Shown here piece after piece: positions 56,635 through 64,000 of a stretch of DNA of 64,000 bases (position 1 is the stretch's first letter; every line of letters begins with the position of its first letter). The stretch lies in contig JBHLJY010000004.1 in assembly GCA_048887225.1 (NCBI GenBank), positions 128,001 through 192,000 on the forward strand. The letters run 5' to 3'. A model generated the notes under the pieces. That model searched no databases. It was given only the letters and a program-made list of their open reading frames with translations, and was not told the origin of the DNA. Origin of the DNA: Candidatus Hodarchaeota archaeon. Lineage in GTDB: Archaea > Asgardarchaeota > Lokiarchaeia > Sigyniarchaeales > SOKP01. A program made the position numbers and the translations under genes.

Positions 56635-59010
56635 ATGAGTAAAGTACTAATTGTAGGTGGAGTAGCCGGGGGGGCATCTGCTGCAGCCCGCCTTCGAAGA
56701 ATGAAGGAGGATTTCGAGATAATTGTATTGGATAAGGGACCTTATGTTTCTTTCGCCAATTGTGGTTTACCTTATTATGTTGGAGATGTAATAAAGGAAC
56801 GGAAATCTTTAGAATTAGTTTCACCTCGTCTTTTTAAATTATGGTTTAAAATTGATGTAAGGGTAAATAATGAAGTATTATCAATCGAACGAGAGAAAAA
56901 GAGAGTAAAAGTAAGAGATTTAATAAAGTCAGAGGATTACACATTAGAATATGACTATCTTTTATTAGCTACAGGATCAACTCCAAATATTCCTCCTTTT
57001 CAGGGGCTTGATTCTGTTCCATATCATTCAATTTGGACAATCCCCGATGCAGTAAAAATAAGAGATTTTATTGATAAATATAAAATAAATAAAGCAGTGA
57101 TTGTTGGAGGAGGATTCATAGGATTAGAAATGGCAGAAAATTTAGCTAAGAAAGGGATAAAAGTAAAAATAGTGGAAATGTTTGACCAAGTAATGCCTCC
57201 AATTGACAAGGAAATGGCTCAATTTATTCATCAAGAATTAATTTTAAATGGTGTGTGCTTAGTTTTAGAAGATCCAGTTGATTCCTTTGGACGATCGGAT
57301 AATGATAAACCGTTTGTAAAAACAAAAGGCGGTCGTATAATTGAAACAGATCTGATTATTTTATCTATTGGGATAAGGCCTCAAAGCAAATTGGCTAAAT
57401 TAGCAGGACTCGAATTGAGTCAGGGAGGATATATTATTGTCAATGATGAGATGCGGACATCTGATCCTAATATTTATGCTGTTGGAGATGTCGTTCAAGT
57501 TCTCCATTATCAAACCAAGGAACCAATTTCGATAGCTTTAGCTGGACCTGCAAATAAACAAGGAAGAATTGCAGCAGATAATATTTCAGGAAGAAAAATG
57601 CAATATAAGGGGATTTTAGGCGCTTCAGTAGTAAAAGTTTTTGATTTAACTATAGCTTCTGTAGGACTTACAGAGAAACAACTTAAAAACATTGACATTA
57701 AGTATGAAAAAGTATATGTCCATCCAAATAATCATGCTGGTTATTATCCGGGAGCCACACCACTCGCTATTAAATTAATTTTCGAGGTGCCATCTGGAAA
57801 AGTTCTTGGGGCTCAAATTGTAGGCGGAATGGGAACCGATAAAAGAACTGATGTTATTTCAACGATTATAAAAATGAATGGTAGTGTTTTTGATTTAGAG
57901 GAACTCGAACTTACTTATGCTCCTCCTTATAGTTCTGCTAAAGATCCAGTCAATATGGCGGGTTTTGTAGCATCTAATTTTTTAAGAGGAGATATTTCAA
58001 TTAAACAATGGCATGACATTGATAAGTTTAAAGAAAATGAGGGATTCATTTTAGATGTTAGAACAACTGCTGAATATGAGGCGAGTAGGATTGAAGGCTC
58101 AACTAACATCCCCTTGCATGAGTTAAGAACAAGATTAAATGATTTACCAAGTAAAAAACCTATAATAGTATACTGTGAAGTCGGCTATAGAAGCTATTTA
58201 GCAACTCGAATACTATTACAGTCTGGTTTTAAAGAAGTTTATGAACTAACTGGAGGTTTTAATTTATATGAGATGGCTAATGCTAAAACAGAGGATATTA
58301 TTGCTGCATGTGGTGGTTCTGCACCTATTATGGAGGAATATATTAAACAGAAATCTACTGAGAGTGATAAATACATAATAGTTGATTGTAGCGGTTTAGC
58401 ATGCCCAGGACCTTTAAATGCAATGATAAAATCTCTTGAAACCTTGCCTCAGAATAAGAAGTTAAAGGTCTATGCAACAGATCCAGGATATAAATCAAGT
58501 GTCGAGGCCTATGCGAAATTGAATGAAGCAGTTCAATTAATATATTTAGGAAAAGAAGAAGGTAAATTAGTTGCTACACTAGAAAAAGGAACAACACCAT
58601 TCATTGAAGTTGAAGTACCAACTAAGGTAAGAAAAAAGTCTAGAAAAGAAATACGGGGTCCAAATGCACCTGCTTTATCGGATATCTCACCAGAGGAACT
58701 ATACGAAAGAGTTGATTCAGATGATCCACCTGCGATCCTTATCGACGTACGCACACCTGAAGAATATTATGGCCCTCATGGACGTATAAAAAGTGCTAAA
58801 TTAATCCCTTTAGGTGAATTAATGAATAATATAGATCAATTAGGGGATTTTAAAGAAGAAGAAATAGTGACAATTTGTCATAGTGGCGCACGCTCGATGA
58901 TGGCAGCACAATTTTTAGCGCAAGCAGGATTCAAGGATATTAGAAACCTTACGGGAGGAATGATGATGTGGCATAGAAAAAATTTTCCAGTTGCGAGAGG
59001 GAAACATTAA
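56635..59010 (+). CDS. CoA-disulfide/persulfide reductase + rhodanese + TusA + rhodanese fusion
   Basis: GGVAGGASAA, SFANCGLPY, GGGFIGLE, HAGYYPGA, YAPPYS; rhodanese YCEVGYRS; TusA DCSGLACPGP; rhodanese ICHSGARS. Confidence 0.92.
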   Translation: MSKVLIVGGVAGGASAAARLRRMKEDFEIIVLDKGPYVSFANCGLPYYVGDVIKERKSLELVSPRLFKLWFKIDVRVNNEVLSIEREKKRVKVRDLIKSEDYTLEYDYLLLATGSTPNIPPFQGLDSVPYHSIWTIPDAVKIRDFIDKYKINKAVIVGGGFIGLEMAENLAKKGIKVKIVEMFDQVMPPIDKEMAQFIHQELILNGVCLVLEDPVDSFGRSDNDKPFVKTKGGRIIETDLIILSIGIRPQSKLAKLAGLELSQGGYIIVNDEMRTSDPNIYAVGDVVQVLHYQTKEPISIALAGPANKQGRIAADNISGRKMQYKGILGASVVKVFDLTIASVGLTEKQLKNIDIKYEKVYVHPNNHAGYYPGATPLAIKLIFEVPSGKVLGAQIVGGMGTDKRTDVISTIIKMNGSVFDLEELELTYAPPYSSAKDPVNMAGFVASNFLRGDISIKQWHDIDKFKENEGFILDVRTTAEYEASRIEGSTNIPLHELRTRLNDLPSKKPIIVYCEVGYRSYLATRILLQSGFKEVYELTGGFNLYEMANAKTEDIIAACGGSAPIMEEYIKQKSTESDKYIIVDCSGLACPGPLNAMIKSLETLPQNKKLKVYATDPGYKSSVEAYAKLNEAVQLIYLGKEEGKLVATLEKGTTPFIEVEVPTKVRKKSRKEIRGPNAPALSDISPEELYERVDSDDPPAILIDVRTPEEYYGPHGRIKSAKLIPLGELMNNIDQLGDFKEEEIVTICHSGARSMMAAQFLAQAGFKDIRNLTGGMMMWHRKNFPVARGKH

Positions 59011-59206
59011 TAAATCAGCAACATCGTATTGAAATCGAGATTAAAGAATTTTAAAAGATTGCATCATTTTTATAGCATTCATCAGATATATTTCATATTT
59101 AGCTATTTCTGCAGTATATATTCTTATTTATATGGATTGTTTTTTACTAAATATAATGATATCTATTAATTTATTTTTTTAAAAAAAAAAGAAAAGTGAT
59201 AAATTT

Positions 59207-60484
59207 ATGGAATTGAAAGAAGTATGGCTAATTGACTATGCTCGTACTGCTTTTTCTCGTTCTAGACCAAAACAACCTGAAAGAGATGTTTTTGGTGAAA
59301 TAAGGGGCGATGAATTACTCGCAGAATTATTAATAAAATTTTTTGATCAGAAATTGGCAGATAAAGGATTAGAAAGAAGTGATATTGATGAAGTTTCTGT
59401 AGGTGTTGCTGCGGGTGTGCTTGAAAATTGGACTTATGGAGGTAGAATTCCTATCTTTTTGGCAGGTTTTCCAGTAGACGTTCCAGCTTTCTCAATAGAT
59501 CGACAATGTGGTTCGGCAGGATCTGGTATGCATGTAGGGATCATGGAGATTATGACAGGTAATAGTAAATGTATATTAGCAACGGGTTTTGAGCATATGA
59601 CGCGTGTTCGAGGCAGGGGTGCAACTCCCAACTTAAAATTAATGGATAAGAAAAGCAAATATTATCGTCCTGCATTAGATATGCCTACATCATTTAATAT
59701 GCTTCAAACAGCTCAAAAATTATATGAAGAAGAAGTACCAAAATTTATTAAAGAAGATTTAGATAAGTTTGGTGTGCGAAGTCACAATTTAACAATCAAA
59801 AATCATGAGGCAGGATGGTTTAAAGGCGAAATACTTCCTATTGAAGGGCATATGGAAGGAAATATTGAAGTCCCAATGATGGTTGATAGAGACATGAACG
59901 CTAGAAAATCAAATTTAGAAACAGTTTCGAAACTTCCCAGATTATCTAAACCGTTCTATCTAAAGAAAAATGGAGGTAAAAAAGGTTATATTGAAAGGGA
60001 AGGTACTGCAGAAGGAGTTATAACTGTTGGGAACTCATCCCCTTTAAATGCTGGCGCTACGGCCGCTATTCTTATGGAGGCTGAAGAAGCAAAAAAAAGA
60101 GGAATTGAACCGATGGCTAGAATTCTATCAATTGGATGGGCAGGTGTTCATCCAGCTACGATGGGTCGTGGACCTGTTCCCGCAACTCGTAAGGCTTTAG
60201 AATACGCAAATTTAATTGCTGAAGATATTGAATTTTGGGAAATTAATGAAGCATTTTGTATCGTTGCATTGAATTGCATGGATAAGTTTGGTATTCCCGA
60301 AAAAAAAATTAATGTTATGGGGGGTTCGACTGCGATCGGTCATCCGTTAGGATCAACTATGATTCGGCTTACAGGAACTTTAGCGAGAATTCTCAAGAAT
60401 AAAAAAGCTAAATATGGTGTTGCTAATGCTTGTGTCGGTGGTGGTCAAGGAGTTGCTACAATAATAGAAAATCTTGATGCATAA
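59207..60484 (+). CDS. acetyl-CoA C-acyltransferase (thiolase)
   Basis: DRQCGS, GNSSPLNAGA, EINEAF, GHPLG, CVGGGQG. Confidence 0.95.
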   Translation: MELKEVWLIDYARTAFSRSRPKQPERDVFGEIRGDELLAELLIKFFDQKLADKGLERSDIDEVSVGVAAGVLENWTYGGRIPIFLAGFPVDVPAFSIDRQCGSAGSGMHVGIMEIMTGNSKCILATGFEHMTRVRGRGATPNLKLMDKKSKYYRPALDMPTSFNMLQTAQKLYEEEVPKFIKEDLDKFGVRSHNLTIKNHEAGWFKGEILPIEGHMEGNIEVPMMVDRDMNARKSNLETVSKLPRLSKPFYLKKNGGKKGYIEREGTAEGVITVGNSSPLNAGATAAILMEAEEAKKRGIEPMARILSIGWAGVHPATMGRGPVPATRKALEYANLIAEDIEFWEINEAFCIVALNCMDKFGIPEKKINVMGGSTAIGHPLGSTMIRLTGTLARILKNKKAKYGVANACVGGGQGVATIIENLDA

Positions 60485-60580
60485 CTCAATGTTATGAAAA
60501 AATAAGCAATTATTTTATAAATTAATCACAAATTTAATGAGTTCATAAAAAATAAAAGATTTCAATTTTTTTCTTAACTA

Positions 60581-62032
60581 ATGGAGAAGATTGAGTTAGA
60601 AGAATTCAAAAAATTTGATACGCTTTTTAATCCAAAACATATTGCTTTTATTGGCGCTTCTGAGAGCTCAACTTTTGGTGCTATGCTCTATCTTAGGGCG
60701 TTTAAAAGATCAAAATGGTCTGAAACATTTTATCCTATTAATCCAAAACGAGAAGAAATTATGGGATGGAAATGTTATCCTTCAGTTCTGGAGGTTCCAT
60801 ATCCCATTGATACTGCTTATGTTTCTTTAAAGACACAATTCATTCCTCAAGTAATAAAAGAATGTGTAGAAAAGAAAATTCGTTGGGTAATTATATTTGC
60901 TTCAGGATTTTCTGAAACAGGAGATCCAGAAGGAAAAAAAATGGAACAAGAGCTCATAGAAATAATCAAAGATTCAGAAACAAGAATTATTGGACCAAAC
61001 TGTTTAGGTCCTTATTCTCCTGGAAATGGGATGATGTTCTCCTCATCTTTTGCCCGACCTGGGAGTTTAGGCTCCGTTTCTTTTATGTCGCAAAGCGGTG
61101 GGCATCTGACTCAACTTTTAGACGTTGGTTTTAAAAGAGATATTAGATTCAGATATGGCGTCTCATTTGGGAACCAGATTGATTTAAGTTGTTTAGATTT
61201 TTTAAGACATTTTCACAAAGATTCAAAGACTAAAGTGATTGCGGCTTATTTAGAATCCTTTGGGTCCGCCCACGGCTATGATTTCTTTTTAGAACTTAAA
61301 AAAACAACTCGGATTAAACCAGTAATTATTTGGAAAGGTGGTTACACCGATGATGGTACTCGTGCAGCGTTTTCACATACAGGTGCTATGGCTTCAAACT
61401 TAAGCTTATGGAAAACAATGGCAAAACAAACTGGAACGATATTAGTTAAAGATAACGAGGAATGGTGGAATACAACGAAAACTTTTGAATTGCTTTTTCC
61501 TAAATATTTGCCTAAAGGAAGAAATGTGGCAATTATTACTCCTGGTGGAGGTAATAGTGTTAACGTAACTGATTTATTTGCAGCACATAATTTAAAAATC
61601 CCTGATTTAACAATTAACTCTCAAGAAAAGGTCTCTAAAATTTTACCAAATGTAAATGTCAATATCAAAAATCCAATAGATTTAGGTGCCTCTGGATTTG
61701 TAATAGATCTTTTTGTCGAATGTATAGAGATCTGCTTGAACGATCCTAATATTGACATTGTGATTGTTCCATTTTGGCCCCATCATTTGTTTAACTGGGT
61801 ATTTAAAAGAATGCTTAAAATCCAGCAGAGGACTGAGAAACCAATAATCTTTTGTATACCCAGTGTTGCTGATTCTATAGACATAGCGAAAAAATTCAAT
61901 CGTGTGCAAAAAATTCTCAACAAGAAAAGGGCGCTTTATTTCTTATCGTTTAGAGACGCTGCGAATAGCATCTCATTGTTTTGCGATTATGCCGATTATC
62001 TAAGATCTCGTAAAATTGAAATTAAGAGATAA
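60581..62032 (+). CDS. ADP-forming acyl-CoA synthetase alpha subunit (CoA-binding)
   Basis: FNPK.IA.IGAS, GFSE.G, IIGPNCLG, SQSGG, S.GNQ.D, YLE, AFSHTG phospho-His, NP.D. Confidence 0.92.
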   Translation: MEKIELEEFKKFDTLFNPKHIAFIGASESSTFGAMLYLRAFKRSKWSETFYPINPKREEIMGWKCYPSVLEVPYPIDTAYVSLKTQFIPQVIKECVEKKIRWVIIFASGFSETGDPEGKKMEQELIEIIKDSETRIIGPNCLGPYSPGNGMMFSSSFARPGSLGSVSFMSQSGGHLTQLLDVGFKRDIRFRYGVSFGNQIDLSCLDFLRHFHKDSKTKVIAAYLESFGSAHGYDFFLELKKTTRIKPVIIWKGGYTDDGTRAAFSHTGAMASNLSLWKTMAKQTGTILVKDNEEWWNTTKTFELLFPKYLPKGRNVAIITPGGGNSVNVTDLFAAHNLKIPDLTINSQEKVSKILPNVNVNIKNPIDLGASGFVIDLFVECIEICLNDPNIDIVIVPFWPHHLFNWVFKRMLKIQQRTEKPIIFCIPSVADSIDIAKKFNRVQKILNKKRALYFLSFRDAANSISLFCDYADYLRSRKIEIKR

Positions 62033-62066
62033 TTATAAAAATTTATTTTTAAAGTTGAATTGTAAA

Positions 62067-62753
62067 ATGAAAAAAGAAGGAATTTTGAAAGGTGGAGATC
62101 GTAAAGAACATAATTGGAATAAAACAAAATTAGGAGAACCGTTCAAAAAGGCTTTAGACAGATTTCGTGAAGAAGTGCTTGAGCGAGAAGATTTCGATCC
62201 AACCTCGCTATTACAATTTGGATTATTTATGGCAAAGGCAGTTATTAATATATTAAAAGAAGCTGAAGCCGAATTTGGAGTAGAAGGCCAGAAAATGGTT
62301 AATAACGCTTTGATTAAAACTGGGTACGATATGGGTAAACAAATATTAAAGGATATTGAAATACCACCAGAAATCTCAGACATAGAATTAATTAGTTTTT
62401 TAGCAACAATTATTAATACTCAGGCTTGGACATCGATTGAAGACCCTCGGATTGATAACGATGAACAATGCTCGTTCGATATTATTTGGTGTCCGCTTCA
62501 AGATGTTTACTCTGCCTTTGACTGTCGAGTTCAACGTTATTTAGTACAAGGAATTATTGATGCTTTTAGAGATTCTAATATTTTAGATTCTGAATTTCAA
62601 ATAGAATTCAAGAAAACTATCCCTGCTGGAGCAAATACATGCTTATTTGTCCTTAATAAAAAGAAACTAGGAGAACCAGATAAATGGGAAGCATACTCTA
62701 GGTTATTAGAAAAGAAAGCTCTGAATAGAATGAAAGAACGAAAAAAGAAATAA
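62067..62753 (+). CDS. V4R/ATC-hydrolase-like protein (start uncertain)
   Basis: FG.E......A....G, F.I.WCP, C......G, F.KTIP.G..TC.F pattern. Confidence 0.55.
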   Translation: MKKEGILKGGDRKEHNWNKTKLGEPFKKALDRFREEVLEREDFDPTSLLQFGLFMAKAVINILKEAEAEFGVEGQKMVNNALIKTGYDMGKQILKDIEIPPEISDIELISFLATIINTQAWTSIEDPRIDNDEQCSFDIIWCPLQDVYSAFDCRVQRYLVQGIIDAFRDSNILDSEFQIEFKKTIPAGANTCLFVLNKKKLGEPDKWEAYSRLLEKKALNRMKERKKK

Positions 62754-62795
62754 TTATTTTTTTTTAACTTAAGTTATCATTTCATAAAAATGAAA

Positions 62796-62809
62796 GAAAA
62801 GCTTTATAT
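62796..62809 (+). promoter_or_regulatory. BRE/TATA promoter
   Basis: GAAAAGCTTTATAT, about 48 nt before the MFS start. Confidence 0.55.
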
Positions 62810-62856
62810 TAGGAATCAGAAAATATTAAATTAAAACTTCTGAAAAAGGTTATATA

Positions 62857-64000
62857 ATGGTTGAAAATCATATTATTCCGAAATTTTCTACTTCTGATAA
62901 GTTTATATGGGGATTAGCTAGTTTTGGCACTTCTCTAATTGCTGGAGTATATGCTGCAATGTTAGTAATGTTCTTTCACGTATATCTCGAGTTGGATCCC
63001 GTTCTTATTGCCATTGCCGCAGTTTTATACGCCATATGGAACGCTGTAAACGATCCTCTTTTCGGATTTCTTTCTGATAAAACAAAAGGAAAGAGAGGAC
63101 GCCGCATTCCTTATATGCAATTTACTGCTCCTTTTTTGGCTTTGTTTTTTACCGTGATTTGGTTCGTTCCACCAAAATGGGACGATTTTGGTATTTTTTG
63201 GTGGATGCTAATTACGATGTTATTATACGATACTGCTTATACGATTATAGGTTTAGTCTACTCAGCTTTACTTCCTGAGATTACCGAAGATGATAGTGAA
63301 CGAGGAGAACTTCAAAAATATAATTCTTTATTCTATTTGTTTGGGGCGATGTTTGGATTTCTTATACCTGATTTACTCCGGCCAAAGGCAGGTGAAACTA
63401 ATTTATTTCCACTCTACATAGGAATGATTGTAGTAGGTATTGCCTCCGCTATATGTGTTGTAGTTACCTCCTTAAGATTTAAGGAGCGTCCCGAATTTAC
63501 ACAAATAGACGAACCACTTGGTCTTGTCGATTCGGTTAAATATACCTTTAAAAGTAAAGCTTTTTTAATATTAACCGCTGCCAATTTTATGTCGATTCTT
63601 TTTCAGCAAATCCTTTTGTCTTACTTGTTTTATTTAGCGGATTACGTCATGCGGGTATCGACAGTTATTTTAATTTTGTCAATATTTCTAGGTTTAATCA
63701 TTGGTGTGTTTTTTGCAAATGTATTTGCTAATAAATTTGGTGTTGTTAAAGCAAATCAAATTCTTTTAATAATTGGAGCTATACCATTGATAATGCTGCC
63801 ATTTATCCCTCTAATACTTATATATTTATGTTTATTTCTTGGTGGATTTGGCTTATCTGGACCGTTAGTTTTAACAAACGTACTTTATGCTCAAGTGGCT
63901 GATGAGGACGAGACAAAATCAGGTGTTAGGAGGGAAGCATCGTTTTTTGGAACAAACGCAATGATTACCAAACCTGCTCAATCTATTGCTATTGCAATAG
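62857..64000 (+). CDS. MFS transporter, GPH/MelB-like, runs off the window
   Basis: ATG 62857: MVENHIIPKFSTSDKFIWGLASFG...WNAVNDPLFGFLSD...GRRIPY...DEDETKSGVRREASFFG; not in the ORF track. Confidence 0.9.
   Translation, partial: MVENHIIPKFSTSDKFIWGLASFGTSLIAGVYAAMLVMFFHVYLELDPVLIAIAAVLYAIWNAVNDPLFGFLSDKTKGKRGRRIPYMQFTAPFLALFFTVIWFVPPKWDDFGIFWWMLITMLLYDTAYTIIGLVYSALLPEITEDDSERGELQKYNSLFYLFGAMFGFLIPDLLRPKAGETNLFPLYIGMIVVGIASAICVVVTSLRFKERPEFTQIDEPLGLVDSVKYTFKSKAFLILTAANFMSILFQQILLSYLFYLADYVMRVSTVILILSIFLGLIIGVFFANVFANKFGVVKANQILLIIGAIPLIMLPFIPLILIYLCLFLGGFGLSGPLVLTNVLYAQVADEDETKSGVRREASFFGTNAMITKPAQSIAIAI

Noticed and set aside
3578-62383. Numerous short ORFs in the track that are antisense or out of frame to recognised genes (e.g. 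3578-3841, 8186-8452, 10646-11107, 41750-42097, 55730-56062, 62033-62383)
   Set aside because: They are shadows of well-supported genes, with no motifs or SD sites.
1-64000. Selenocysteine (in-frame TGA) recoding in the redox genes
   Set aside because: All catalytic positions examined are Cys codons. The in-frame TGAs near 10474 and 46749 lie upstream of the inferred starts.

Overview
AT-rich (visually about 30% GC), gene-dense archaeal chromosome segment, most likely from an Asgard archaeon of the Lokiarchaeia/Promethearchaeota type. The assignment is inferred from archaeal information genes (archaeal-type AlaRS, DtdA, RNase Z, EndoQ, CdhE), BRE/TATA promoters and GGTGA-type ribosome-binding sites, together with Rab-like GTPases, a longin-like protein, an alpha-SNAP-like TPR protein and a Loki-type C-terminal anchor. 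Contents in order: (1) a methanopterin/F420/riboflavin cofactor region (RFAP synthase, mptD, DUF447, DUF1464, DHPS-like, cofH, cofG, pyrimidine reductase, amidohydrolase, mptA), split by a ~9 kb minus-strand glycyl-radical-enzyme cassette of unknown substrate; (2) housekeeping and eukaryote-signature-like genes; (3) two cobalamin/Fe-S QueG/RdhA-like paralogs; (4) a TusA-DsrE-IscS-IscU-persulfide reductase sulfur-relay cluster in which IscU carries an unusual degenerate thioredoxin-reductase domain; (5) acyl-CoA genes and a partial MFS gene. Signals the ORF track misses: a candidate stand-alone ~130-nt four-way-junction RNA with its own TATA box and oligo-T terminator (53410-53538), and six genes that appear to start at ATT (AUU). 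No CRISPR array, tRNA, rRNA or mobile element was recognised. All product calls come from motif recognition by eye; no searches were run.
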